A model generated the notes under the pieces. It worked only from the letters and a program-made list of their open reading frames with translations, was not told where the DNA came from and ran no database searches. A stretch of DNA of 64,000 nt from Vezdaea acicularis (lineage: Eukaryota), in the NCBI GenBank assembly GCA_026025075.1, contig JAPEUI010000030.1:62001-126000 (forward strand), in the 5' to 3' direction. How positions within the stretch are numbered: position 1 is the stretch's first letter; every line of letters starts with the position of its first letter. Positions 1 through 13,442 of this stretch are shown here, in pieces. The translations under genes were made by a program, and so were the position numbers.

Positions 1-682
1 CCTTATACCTTCTTCTTCTCCAAACCCTTTGGCCTTGTTTTCGTACGTCTCTTGTGACCCTTTCCCAATTAGACAGCGTTCTAATGTATTCTTTCCACTT
101 CAGGCCCTTTATGGCAGCACATATCTTACCGCCAATACCGTCGACACACTCACAAGCACAGTCGAAAACCTTCCCTCTAATACTACAACGAAAGGCGCCA
201 CCAAATTCTTCGCTGCTAGCACTGTCAATATGACGATCTGCATGTTCAAAGACGCGAAATTTGCGCAACTCTTCGGCGCCGCCAGTGCTCCGCGCTCCAT
301 CACCAAAGTCTCATACGCGCTGTTCGCAATGCGCGACTCGGCCACTGTCTTCGCCTCCTTTAACGCGCCCAGCATGATAGCCCCTAATCTACCCGTATCC
401 GAAGCCTGGGAGAAATCAGTCATGTCACGGCAAAGTACTGCACAGATCTTCGCCCCTGCGGTAATGCAATTGCTATCGACGCCCTTCCATCTGCTGGGGA
501 TCGACATCTACAATAGACCACGGGGTACACAGGGCGTTGGGTGGAGAGAGCGGGCCCAGAAGGTACGGAAGGACTATCTGACGAGCACAGTGGCTAGGAT
601 GTGCCGGATCGTTCCTGCCTTCGGGATTGGCGGTGTGGTAAACCTGCACGTGCGGCAGAAACTTCTCCTGGGTCTGGACTAA
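1..682 (+). CDS. 3' part of a conserved fungal membrane protein (S. pombe C365.16-like, sideroflexin-related); 5' end lies outside the window
   Basis: Exon PYTFFFSKPFGLVF, intron gtacgt..cttcag, then ALYGSTYLTANTVDT...KDAKFAQLFG...RDSATVFASFN...RIVPAFGIGGVVN; stop TAA at 680-682. Confidence 0.7.
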   Translation, partial: LIPSSSPNPLALFSYVSCDPFPIRQRSNVFFPLQALYGSTYLTANTVDTLTSTVENLPSNTTTKGATKFFAASTVNMTICMFKDAKFAQLFGAASAPRSITKVSYALFAMRDSATVFASFNAPSMIAPNLPVSEAWEKSVMSRQSTAQIFAPAVMQLLSTPFHLLGIDIYNRPRGTQGVGWRERAQKVRKDYLTSTVARMCRIVPAFGIGGVVNLHVRQKLLLGLD

Positions 683-1175
683 ACGTATGGCAGGAGGGGA
701 AAATTTCATAGAATTCCTGCATTTGCTTGGCCTGTGCGATTCTCGACTCATAGATTAGCATGGTGTTACGATACATTGGGTTGTTATCTGCCTAGAACTA
801 CATAGCGGCTGGCGTTGTAAGATAGGCTGAGCACGGTATTCGGCAGGCTTATACGTTGGCCGGTCATGTAAAACACAATTTAATATCATATGGAGCATTG
901 CGGTCTCAGAGCAAAGATCGTAAAGGCTAAGATTTGGCATTGTACTCGCAGACTGGATGGGTTTACGGGCACTGAAGGGAATGTAGAAGGACCTACATGC
1001 TCTCGATCATACGATCCATCACAGGGTCCAAACGAAGCCACCGAAACTAGTGCTATATCTGCATTATGTTGGTATTGCTATACCTCAAGCATGCCTGTAA
1101 CAATTCTATGCTATAGCGGGTCCAGCGAGCCAAGAGCAACCTTGCTCTCCTACCGCTTTAAAAGCAAATTCAGTC

Positions 1176-3985
1176 CTAAGCCCTGACCGCACCTCTATTG
1201 CCCAGCGCACCACCCGTGAACTGGTTACCGCCTGGTCTCCTCTCGCCTTGTCCACCAGTCCTCGCTCCACCACCCCTCCCACCCCCTCTTCCGCCACCAC
1301 CCCGTCCACCTCGACCTCCAGACCTCTCAAATGCATTCGCCGTACCTTGCGTCCTTTGCTCTAGCGTACGCTCGTTCTGCTCAATAAGCCCACTCGCCTT
1401 ATCGCTCAGGGTAAGCGCCAGACTCTGTAACCTACTCAACTCAACGCCCTTACGGAAGATGATGGCACTATTGACTTGATCCATTGCGGCTGCTAGTTCT
1501 TCATGCGAGATCATCTTGGAGATGATGGCGGCGACCTTGCGCTCGCTCAGCTCGAACATGGCGGACAGCGTGGCGACGGAGAGAGTATCATAGAAAGGTT
1601 GGTAGGTGAAGAGATAGGTACGCAGGCCTTCTTCCTGGATTTGCGCCGAGAGCATGGTTTTGATCTTCTCTGGTTGCAGCATTAGGTCCCAGATCTTAAT
1701 CGAATGTATGAAATCTGAGGACTTCTTCCATTCACCAGCAGCGAGCGCTTTCGAGGCTTGCATGACGTGGTCACGCGTGTTTTCGGGCGGACCGGTGAAG
1801 ATTTGACGTTCATGGTATTCGAGCATACGGCGGAAGGTCTTGCTGATGACGCGCTTCTTAACTTCAGGGTTTGAGCCGGTTTGTGCAAGGAGAGGGATCT
1901 CGAGGAGCATTGAACAAGTGAGATAAACGCATTCAAGAAACTCTAGGTTGATGTGCATGTGGAAGGGAAGTTGACGTTGTCGCTCCAATTTCTCTTGTTC
2001 TGGCGACACTTGAGAGTATCGCTGGATCATCACTCCTTGAGCAAGTAGTTCCTTAGGCCTACCGCTGCCGCATATTTCCTGAAGGGAATTCTGGGCCTCA
2101 AAGATGAGACCAGATCGGAACGCACATAGGCCGACTTGGACTAGAGTACGATTGAATAGAATCTGAGTCTTGACATCAAAGGTGCCGATATTCTCCTGCA
2201 AATGGGACATAAGCATCATGTCACGTGCGCGGTAGTACTGGTCGTGTAGGGCAAGGAAGTAGATCTGACACAGCATCGCCCGGGTTCGAATGATGCTCTC
2301 TCCCTTCTGGTAGAGGTAGGTGCAGATTGTGTGAACAAGGTCCTCCGTACTGGTGGATTTGCCGCGGAGCGTGATATCTGAGTCAAGCTTCTTCGGGATG
2401 TCTTCCCATGACTTGTCTTCAAGGATCTGGACAACTTGAGAGGGCTAGATGCATAAAATCAGTATTGACTTGAGAGAAATGGCAAGAAGGGGCTTGAATA
2501 TCGCATGCCTTGAAGTAGATGTGCTCAAGTCTCCGCATTAAGACTCGGTTTGTACTCTCTTGATTGGCTTTAGTAGGGGTCTCGAGACTTGGATCTTTCA
2601 AGAGGTTCTCATAATAGAGAAGCCCCCGAACAATCTTCGTATACAAAGCACCCTCATCGGATAGTCTTTCAATATACTCTGCGGTATGAGGATCAATGTG
2701 CTGCAGCGATCGAGTGAGCTCATCGTCGAGCCTCTCAATGAACGAGACGATGCTTCCTGGGATACGAAGCTTCTCGCCTGGTTCTGGTTGAGGAGGCTTC
2801 TCGTCGTCTTCCCATTCCTCGGCGTGCTCGAGCACAACCATATTGGGGGTCGCTTCGAGTACTTCAAGCAGAGTAGCAAACTCACGCTCGGCCCTGTTTA
2901 GATGTGTAAGATACTGCTTGTATACTAGAGTCGTATCAAGGGTTTCCAACAATTTCCATTGCTCTTGACTCATCATAGTCGTGGAGCCAGTAAGAAGATC
3001 AAAACGAGTTGAAATTAAAGCCAACAATACCCGTATTTTCTGGTAAGGAGTTGTAGCGACCTCGAGTAGCTTCTCCATCACCCGAATTTGCTCTGCCTTG
3101 TCTGTGTTCTTCTTTCCTCGTGACTCAACAATTGTTCGGAGGTGCTTGAAAATGCTCTCAGGCGTGTACACCAAGGTCTTGCCAGCCTTTCCACCCTTTC
3201 CAACCATAGAGAACCCTTCTTCGTCTAACGGGTCGGAGATGTCGAGGGCTGTCTTCGATTTCTTTGCTTTCGTCACTAGTTCCTCGTCCTCAACCTCTTC
3301 ATCAGACTCCATGTACTTGTCCTTGTCTTCCCGATACTCATCAATCTCCTTTGCGTAGTCTTTGTTGTTCTTCTTGATACGTTGCTTGACAGCGTTGAGT
3401 CCTCTCGCATTTGTAGCATTCATTTTCTTTGTGGATACTTTCTGCTTCGCTATCGTTTCGTTCATGAAGTCCTCAAGGTCTGCAATAGCCTTGATGTAGG
3501 CCTTAGGCGTGTTCGCCCCTTGTACAAGCTTTACTATTTGTCTGTTGAGCTTGTCGAAGTCTGTTTCCACTCAATAATTAGCTGCAGACCCTCTAACAGT
3601 CCGGATATAATCCCGCAGCCTTCCACTTGCCTGCTGAAATGACTGCCCAGTCGTTGATCTTCTCCGCATTTTCGATGGACTTGACTGTGCTCTCCAGCTC
3701 CTCAAGCCTCTTATCTTTTTGACTCTTCACGACTTTGGTTCCTGTATCGCTATCGCTCTCGTCGCTGTCTGCATCCGAACCACCACTTTTTAAGAATTTT
3801 CCGGCCCCTGACTTTTTCTGTCCTTCTTCATCCTCAGAAGTAGACTCATCGGAGTCAGAATCTTCATCTTCTTGAGACTCTTCCTCAGATTCCTCTTCTT
3901 CTTCCTCATTCTCGCCGTATATGTCCTCTTCTTCAGATGAGCTGCTCTCGCTAGAGCTGTCGCCGTGAAAGAATCTCGAAGTCAT
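1176..3985 (-). CDS. NIP1: Translation initiation factor eIF3 subunit c (4 exons)
   Basis: MTSRFF plus acidic N-terminus, [12 protein letters not shown] region with [10 protein letters not shown] and [14 protein letters not shown]-rich tail; introns near 3572-3630, 2894-2950 and 2445-2508. Confidence 0.97.
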
Positions 3986-4205
3986 GGTTGAAATATTGCA
4001 GTTCTGAAGATGATATGATGAAGTGAGCGGCGATTTGAGAGGGTGGGGGATCCGGGTGGAGTCAGTGGCTGGTACACCCTGTTTGAGTCTGAAAAGTCAG
4101 GGACGTATTGGTGCAGAGCGAAATTCTCGGCAAAATCTTGGCGCTCGAAGCCCTAGACCTGGCCCTAAGGCAATCCTGTGATTATTGATGATTCCATTCC
4201 CAAGT

Positions 4206-4244
4206 TGACTCATCGTTCAATGCGCATGCCTATAGAATGAGTCA
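4206..4244. promoter_or_regulatory. Pair of AP-1/Gcn4(CpcA)-type sites upstream of eIF3c
   Basis: TGACTCA at 4206-4212 and TGAGTCA at 4238-4244, 220-260 bp upstream of the eIF3c ATG. Confidence 0.4.
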
Positions 4245-5082
4245 TATCGGATTGCAGTGCTCTTTTTCGTGATGTGTTCAGAATGCATGTACAAGACAAT
4301 AATGGCTTGTACTGTATCGCTCTTAGGCGCCGTCTCATAACTTATACACCCTCCCTAGGTACAGTCGCTGTTGACGTTATCTATCACGTGGAGAATTTTC
4401 TACGCCATGAGATAGTTTCCAGCGCAAATAGTTGGGGTCTTACGCTTTGGATCGAATGCCTAAGGAGTGGATTGAGGATTCATGAGCCACGCTTGAATCG
4501 AAAAGTGGGATTGGTACATCTTTCTTTATTGAGTCTACATGACTAGATTCGACCCTAGGGGTAGTGGGAACTTAGGTATCCCGTACGCTCTGCCAACATA
4601 AGCCACTGCCCGGCAGGTGAGTAGGTACTTTGGGGACCAATGCCTGTGGTAAATCCATGGGGGCGGACAACCAAGGTCTTCGCGTATGCTTAGAGATGGG
4701 GACTGATGATGCCTTTGCATCTGCAAAGGGGAGGTAACCTCAACTGGGAAAAACCTGCTCGTTGAATTTTTGATATTTTTTGGGGGGATGCTTGAGGACC
4801 TATTCGCAACCACATGTGCGTCTCGTGCCCGGGGTTGAATTCACCACATCCTGATTTACATTCTCTTTTGACCTCCAGAACTCCACCCATTTACTACTCT
4901 ATACAATATGTTTATGGTGCTTAAAGCCTTCTTTCATTCTCTGCTCGCCATAAAAGAGCAATTAAAACAACAGCCCCGCACAACTAAAATGCTTTGAACA
5001 CCTTAGAACCCATCTAAATCGAGTTATGCAATCACTACCTTCAAGGCAAAGGACATAGTAGTATACGAGTCGATTTTCCTAT

Positions 5083-6637
5083 CTAAGCGCTAATCGTTTC
5101 TATACTGGGTTTAATATCCTCACTCTCAGTACCGTCGTTCCCATCTCCGCCCCTATACTCCTCCAATATATCAATATCCACCCTCTCCCGAAGTTCTCTT
5201 CTCCTCTCCGCCTCCGTCTCGTCTGGCGCTACACCATGCAGCTGAACTATATCGACCTGGCTCTCCATCACCTTTTCTGTGTCCTCATCCTCTTCCTGTC
5301 GCTGATGTCTCCTTCGTGGGCGAAGCTCACCTATATTAGCATCGCGTCGCGGCCGGATTTGTGATCTTTGTAGTATTGGGTAGTAATACGCGGCCTTCCG
5401 CCTTTTGAAGGGCCGGCCGTCTGCGTCAACAGTTCGCACTGTTTCTCCGTCATTGAGAGTAATGGCAACCTCGTCGTATTGACGATCTGCCCCACCATCG
5501 GTTTTGATGGTCTCATAAACACGCTCTCTCTCGTAGCGAAAATATTCCACTGGCTTTGCGTTGGAATCCGGGACAGAGTATAGCGAGGCGCTTTCCACTT
5601 CGGCATCAAGTGGGTTCATTTTCCGCTTGATATTCGTGACTTGAGCTGGGTAAGCCGGTAAGTAGTACTCGTAATCGAACGGAGGTGGTCCGGGTGGAGG
5701 CTTGGACGGGTCTGCCTCGTGTGCTTCTGCAACGGCTCTCATTTGAGCTTCTAGTTCTGGGCGCATTTCTATAGGACGGAGAATAGCGACGTCTAGTCGA
5801 GAGTCATACTTGTCGGACTCAGTGACAGGGTTCGTGAGGAATTTCATGATCATATAGCCGCCACTATCTGGGATTGACTCAAGATCCGGAAGAAGTGGAT
5901 ATTTATCAAGCACTGTCAGCTTACGGTCCGTAGGATGTCTGGGATTCTCCCAAGCATCACGCTCCTGCTTTGTCGCCGTTGCGCCGCGTAGGCCTTCACT
6001 GCCGTCGGCACCAGTCCATGCTGATTTAGGGTAGGCGATGTCAAAGCCCTTTGCGATGGAACGGAGGATATTGATGGGATCATCGAGGTTTGGATTCGGT
6101 TTCCTGACAGGGCGCCGTGAAATGGTAGACTTTATGAGAGACTTTGATGTTGATGACTCGAACCCTGTGCGGCGTTGCTCTGAGGAGATATACTCTGTTC
6201 GGCGAAGAAAGCTTACACCAGAATTGAGCCCTGTCGGCTTTCCAAGAGTTGCTAATGGGCGGAGCAATGCTACATCGTCTGGGTGTGGGTCAACGGCGTG
6301 GATTTCTGGTTGAATTGCTAAGAAAACTGTCAGACTCAGCTTGTTTCAAAGAAGACCTAGACTCACCGCTTTCATCTCCGTCGAAGATTCCCGGCATTCC
6401 CACCAGATCTAAGGGCATCCCAAGCTCCGCGTCAGCCTCGATGTTAAGAGCCTGCTCTCTTGCCAAGCGCGATGAATATGCAGCTGAAGTGTATTGCCCG
6501 CTGGAGAGCCCTGTATCAGGGATGTTCAATAGCTTAGGAGGAAATGGCGGAGGCGGTAGGGTGTTGGAATATCGTATTCGCGCGATATAGTCTTGATGAT
6601 AGACTCTTTGGCCCCCGCGGGGCTGAGATGAAGCCAT
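5083..6637 (-). CDS. PAF1: RNA polymerase II-associated factor Paf1
   Basis: QDYIARIRYSNTLPPPPFPPKLL, DAELGMPLDLVGMPG, VSFLRRTEYISS; one intron at about 6306-6365. Confidence 0.95.
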
Positions 6638-7118
6638 CTTATGGCAAAAAATAGATATGTGAAGCTGTCACAATTGTATGAATAGAGTTGTAGGGGGAAA
6701 CGCTAATATGTACAAAGGAAATATGTCGGAGGCTGGGAGCTCGGCTAAGAAGAGTGTTCAATTAGTTGTTCAATAGGAGATCCGTTCACGCGACCTATTC
6801 AGGCGCGGCGTAGTACTAGGGATACATAAATTCGAGATCGCAAATCGCAAGACGTGAGCGCTATCCAAAAGAGAAGCTTAACGAGTTTTTGAGTGACCGT
6901 GCGGTCCCGCGCAGCTCGAACTCGGGCAGCAAATCAGGTAGCTGGCCATGCCGAACTAGGCGGCGTGTGCCGCACTAGCTTCAAAGCCACACATCAACTT
7001 CAGAGCCAGGTAGATGCATTGATATACGACAGTCACACCGACTCTCAAACCCTCGTTCCAAGCTATATATGCCCCTAGTTCTCTCTTTCCTCCAACAAAC
7101 TCTAAATACATTGGAAAG

Positions 7119-8886
7119 ATGGACGAGATAGCTCCAGAATACGATGTAGTCGTACTTGGAACAGGTTAGCCTCACCTTACCCCGCCATATCATAGCTCTA
7201 GCTTGCTCATATATCACAAGGTTTGACGGAATGCGTGCTCTCTGGGTAATGCAACTGTGGCCGCTGCAAAAACACGCTTATTGATAATATAGTATAGCGT
7301 AATGAGTGTGAAGGGGAAGAAGGTGCTCCATATCGATCGCAATGACCACTACGGAGGGTACGTGCATAGGGTAGTATGCCATTTCTGAGCAGGCAGCTAA
7401 CCGTGATCAGCGAGGCAGCCTCAATCAACATCGAAGCTGTGAGTGTGCCCACTTAGGATTTTGGAACTTCAACTGACACCCTTAGCTCTTCAAAAAGTAC
7501 GGCAATTACAAAAAGGGCGAAGAGCCGTGGAAGAAATACGGTCGTGTCAATGACTGGAATATCGATCTCGTTCCAAAGCTGTTGATGTCGAACGGCGAGC
7601 TCACGAACATCCTGGTCTCTACTGATGTGACAAGATACCTCGATTTTAGGCAGATTGCTGGTAGTTATGTCCAACAGGGCAACGGACCAAAGGCGACGGT
7701 CGCGAAAGTACCATCTGATGCTGGAGAGGCTTTGCGGTCACCATTGATGGGTCTATGGGAGAAGAGGAGGGCCAAAAGCTTTCTAGAGTGGGTGGGCACT
7801 TTTGACGAGAATAATTCTACCACTCACCAAGGTGCGCGGCGAAGGCTCTTGGAGACTTGGACTTCGATACTAATACATTATTCTAAGGACTTAACATGAA
7901 CACTTGCACGATGAAAGACGTTTACGACAAGTTCAAGCTCGAACCTTCCACCCGCGATTTCATTGGTCATGCTATGGCTTTATATCTCACTGACGACTAT
8001 ATCAACGAGAAAGGTACAGCGGCAGAGACTTGCAATCGTATACGGCTCTATGTGAACTCCATGGCTCGATATGGTAAATCGCCATACATATACCCCCTTT
8101 ATGGTCTGGGAGAGTTGCCACAAGGCTTTGCACGCCTCTCCGCAATCTATGGGGGAACTTACATGCTCAATACCCAAGTCGACGAGATAGAGTACAGCGG
8201 ATCGAAAGCCGTCGGTATCAAAGCGACAATGAAAGAGCGAGGAGACGAAGGTGAAGGCATGAAATTCACAACAAAAGCTAAGAAGATTCTCGGAGACCCT
8301 TCCTACTTCCCTGGAAAAGTGCAGGTCGTTGGCAAGGTGCTGAAGGCTATCTGCATTTTGACACACCCCGTTCCAAATACAGATAACAGCGATTCGCTAC
8401 AATTGATAATCCCACAATCTCAAGTCGGTCGAAAGAATGGTGAGACTAGTCACCACTGGAATCTTTTGTTTTGCTAACTTGGATCAGATATCTATATCGC
8501 AGTCGTTTCCTCCGCGCATAACGTCTGCCCGAAGGGCTACTACATTGCTATTGTCTCTACAATTGCCGAAGGGGAAGCAAATCATCATCTCGAGCTTCAG
8601 CCCGGCTTCGACAGGCTCGGAAAGATTGAGGAGATGTTCATGGGCCCCGCTATCCCCTTGTACGAACCCCTCGAAAGTGGCATCAATGACAACATCTTTA
8701 TCTCGAAGAGCTACGATCCTACTAGTCACTTCGAGACAACGACAGGTAATGGCCATCACATCAGAGCGTACAGGCTTTTGCTAACATTCTCTAGACGACG
8801 TCAAGAATATTTACCTGCGAGCCGAGGGTCACGAACTGGTGGTGGAAGGGTTGCGAGAAGGAGCGAGTCTAGTGCAAGAGCAGTAA
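7119..8886 (+). CDS. GDI1: Rab GDP-dissociation inhibitor (multi-exon)
   Basis: MDEIAPEYDVVVLGTGLTEC, DWNIDLVPKLLM, SPYIYPLYGLGELPQGFARLSAIYGGTYML, SYDPTSHFETT; ends VQEQ*. Confidence 0.97.
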
Positions 8887-9174
8887 GCAGAACGGTCTGC
8901 CATAGGTATTGCGTAGGAGCTCTGTTTGGGAATGCATCATTGCGCATGGTGACTCTTGATTGGTCTGATCTGGACGTTTCTTAAGCGTATAATCAAACTG
9001 TAGCAAGCACATACTGGTATCAAAGCCTTTCATGAGATCGATAAATCTGACAGACTTAGGCTGTCAAAGCGTTTGACGAATTAAGTCGCTCTAATGCCCA
9101 AGATGCCCGTCCCCACGCTATGGAACTCCTAACACAATTAAACGAAGTGATTTCTTTTGGCATCACGACTCATA

Positions 9175-12100
9175 TCACCTCATCTCCCTATCGATTTCAA
9201 GCCGCAGCTTGACACAATCTTCCTTCTCCGTGCCCTCCAACCCGTTCTGCTGCAGCATACCCAGGATACTCAAAACCGCGCTAGCCTGCCCGTCCCCGCC
9301 TAATAAAGGCTTCCCAGAGTCCCTACAGAAAACAAACCACTTTTTGATTACATGCAACAAGTCCTTCGCGAGAACGGCGCGGTTACGCCCAGCGAACGGT
9401 GCCTCGTCCGCATAAAACATGCTCTCCAGAACCTGCACGAGGCTTGCATAGGAGACCCCGAGATCGAGGAACAGCTCCACGACCCAGCTCTGCGGGCCGA
9501 TGTCGCGCTGGTACTCAAACGCGTATTTCTCGAGCATTGGAACGAGAATGGGGATGGGGAACGTAGTGTCGGACAGGCGGAGTCGCTTGCCCATCCGTCG
9601 GACCTCTTGTATGACTTTCTCCCAGGGGTAGGCCACTTCGGCGGCAATAGCGGCTTCGTGCGTCTCTTTCAGGAGGCCCTGCCATGTGGCACGGACATCG
9701 GCGGGGTTGCGGTGGTCGGCGGCTTGGTAGATGAGAAGACAGATGTCGAAGTAGCTTGCTTGGTCTGCGTAGTTATTGTAGAGCTGAAACAAGAATCTGT
9801 TAGTAAGCCGCAATTGAGGGGTATGTTGTTCTACAAAGGGAAAAGCTCACATCGGTCAATCCTATTATCTTTCCGTTTAGTTGTTGAACGATCTCAGGCT
9901 TTCGTTCTGGTGAGAGACGTGGATCGTCTCGTAGCCTTTGTAGTAAGTCATCCTGTATATTGGCCACATCGAGAAGCTCTGCAACCTCGTGCATGAGGAG
10001 TTGTCGTGGCTGACGGCCCACACCAGGCGTCTGCGCTGAAGCGTTTGCCCTAGCCTTGCTAAGGTACTCTATCCGTCGATCTAGTGTGAGTTTGAACTCG
10101 CTCTTCGCAAGTTGGAGTTGGACTTCCGCCGCATTGTGGAAGCGGCCGGCTTGAGCATAATATCTCCACAGCAAGTCTGCTTGCTGCATGCCTTCTTCTG
10201 AGATGCGCCGTAGATAGCTGACTATGTAGTCTGATTGTACCTCGAGCAACCGATCTAATAAGCCCTGCTGACGATACCAGTCATAGAGATCTGTTTGGAA
10301 CACTTCATCCGTTGAGCCATTGATGACAGCATATGCCTCGTTTCGTATTTGGCCAGAGACGGTGACTTGACCATCGATCTGATAAGGGGATTTCTTCGAC
10401 TCTTCGTCAACAGCCGTAACGATCTTGTGGATCAGATTATAATACTGCTTTCTTGACTCAAAAGAGGATTTGCGGGAGTCCTAGGTATTATCATTAGTAA
10501 AGCTCGTGTAGTCAGGTGTGGGTTGCTCACGTCTGGTCGGCCCTCAGCGATCCAGGATAAAGCCGCATTCGCAGGATCCGTCTTTTGTGCTACATTTAAA
10601 CAGAGCTGAATAGCGCCAGCGAAGAACGACATGCTGATGTACTGGTCAATTACCCACTGAAGAATATCCATCGGTAGGCTTCCGGCAACCTGTTCGAATA
10701 GTTTCAAGCTCTCCCGCAGAAGATTACGGCCAAGGTCCGAGGTCCCGCCTGTCTCTCCAGCACGCTTAAGCTGCTCCTGGGCCTTGAATATGATAACATC
10801 GTCAGCACTACAGAAACTACCACATCTTCTACGTAACGCCTCGGCGACAGTGTCAACGTTAGAACCATTGTTGATATTTCGGTTCACGATGGCTTTGACG
10901 AGGTCTTTCGCCAGTTCTTTTCCGGCATCTGTTGCAAAGAGCCCCTCAAAGTTTAACTGCCTTAGATGTTGTCTAGAGCTGTCTGATAGCGCAAGTATGA
11001 TCTCGTCAACCCGCTCGTCGAAGAGCATGAGGGTAAATGATATACCCTCTATGATATCAGATATGAGAAGTACCAGAGAATACAGGGCACGATGTTCGGC
11101 TTGAAGTGCGATCTCTTCCTGCTTATTGTTGACCCTCTGTATCGACTCTGGCCCCGCAAGCCCGTCGATAAATGATTTATTTGTATCTAGGAAATCCTGA
11201 AGCTTCATCAAGTCGGCTTGGACTTCTCGTAACTTGGATAGTGGAACTGCGCAACCGACTGATAAACCCCCCGTGGGCGTCGATCCTTCAACTACAACCG
11301 GCGCTTTCCAAATCGATCGGACTATGCGAGACATGTACAATGCGATGCCCTCATGGCGAGGCGACGGTCGCACACTGTCAAGAACTGAGTATATCTGGTC
11401 GCTGACTATATTCTCATTCAGGATAGGCTTTCCACCATGTTCGATGAAGGCTTTTCTTGCCGTTCCAGTAATATCAGGATCAGTTATCTTGGCAGTACGA
11501 CTATCAGAGGCTACGTCGAGACCTTGGCCGCATGCAACGGCCAGTGCGGTGGCCGCTGTCTCTCCACGTCCATATTGTCGGATGAATTTATTGATCTCAG
11601 TCTCTAAACCGTCACTGGCGGGCCCGTATTGAATTATCGCAGCGAAGATATCGACCAAACGCCTTCTTCGGATTATTTGAATCCCGCTATTGGTTAAAAT
11701 AGCCACTTCTATGGATGGTTTGTCGTACTGGACTGCAAGCTCGTTTCCGAAGCCTGCAGGTTTCGAAGCAGCCCCGAACGGTGCTGAAACAAGCCCAATA
11801 TCTTCGGCGCAACTATCGAGCTCAAGCCAGATGCCATACTCGTGATATCTTGTAGGCTGAGTTCCGTCTGGAGGTCTTGCGATTCGGCCGGAATCTGGTG
11901 CGGAAAGAAACAGAGTGTCTTGATAGTCCTGCGGATTTTTGCGCTTGAAACAAAAGAAGTGCCCAGGGGCAAATCGTTGAGCTGTTCGCGTCGGGTTAAG
12001 AGCTTTTGATTGGGTATTCACTGTGATGCCCGATTGATAGTTGACCATAGTAAGTGCTTTTTGTTGGGAAGACTGTGTGAGCTCTGGCGGGGGAAACTTC

Positions 12101-13442
12101 ACATGCTGAACTTGCATGCTGGTCGGCGCTCCTGTCGAATCGCTGATGCCCCAGCCACCACTTGAAGACGTAGCGCTCAGGAACAGTCGACATCCAGTCG
12201 ACGTTGTGGCCATTAGGTGTATTTTGGTAGCCTCTCTCGCGGATACTGGGCTGATCGAGACAATTGATATCCCAGGGCCTAGTAATTCTGTGCTGCGAGA
12301 TAGCATATGGCCAATATTAGAGAATGTGTTTGATAAATCTTTCGATATGGCGAGTTCAAGAACATTATTAGGCTTCATGTGAAATGTACGAATAGTTGAC
12401 CTAGAAGACAATGTATAAAGCAGGCTACGGCTGTCATCAACCACCATCTGCACGACGTGCTCGGTCGATTTTGCCATGACGAAACTTGGCGTTAAGGATG
12501 CGATACCGTTTGTGGTATGATTGATCTTCCCACATCGGTTTTGAAACCATTTTTCTTCTTGTTGATATGTCAATTCGTAAACATCATTGTCACCGGAACT
12601 ACCGAAGAAGACTCTTCCTGTATCGGCCGATCCTTCAATGACTGTGACATCCAAAGCTCGAACATTAACGGTCATCTTGGTTTGGAAAAGGCTGACAGCC
12701 TTCCCGCCAGTCGGGCTAGGCTGAGCAGACAAGGCAATCAGAATAACTTCTGCAGTCGTCGCCACAATGAGTAAGTGAGTGATGCTAGGCACAAAGACGC
12801 CTAGTCGAGGCTTGGTGAGCTTGACCGCCGTAATGCTGTTGGGCTGCTCTTCAAACCCAACCAGATCTGGGTTTGGCCTGGTATAATCCCACAGGTATAG
12901 CGCATTATCTATTGATATCCATGCGTGATTGAGTTCTGCGAACAATCCCATAAGGGTCGCGACCTGCGCTTGGTTGTATTGCTCGAATATCCTATCTGGA
13001 ATGTTATAGACGGTAGTCTTCTGAAAGGGCGCCCATGCCGGTGAGCTTGGGATGTCATAATCGGACGATATACCCTCTATATATTTTTAGTATGCTGACT
13101 TTAAAAAGCTTATAAAGGGATTCGCTCACGTCCGACATATGCATCGAGCTCCGGGTATCTCGTCTCTTGCGCCAAAGTTTCGTTTATAGTCTTTGCGGCT
13201 CTTTCAAGAGGCTTAAGAGATTGTACCGCCGGTGCTGCTGGAGCGTTTACCAAAGACGTTGACGGGGGTAGTTGCCCGACAGCACTCGAGGATGGCGCAT
13301 TGCTTGATGTTGTACCAAGCCCTCCAGATGGAGAGCGAAACAGTGCTGACGGACCGGAAAACCCTGGCTGCGTCCGCGAGAAAGCCGGAGTCTGCTGATA
13401 AGCACCGGGTAGAGGTCGTTGAGGCGTCTGAATGAAAGACAT
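9175..13442 (-). CDS. NUP170: Nucleoporin Nup170/Nup157 (Nup155 family)
   Basis: TPQRPLPGAY N-terminus, MGLFAELNHAWISIDNALYLWDY, LRRRCGSFCSADDV, RRIEYLSKARANAS; three introns. Confidence 0.95.

Noticed and set aside
4543..4560. TTCGA inside a small hairpin resembling a tRNA T-arm
   Set aside because: Stem geometry is wrong and there is no D-arm, anticodon arm or acceptor stem
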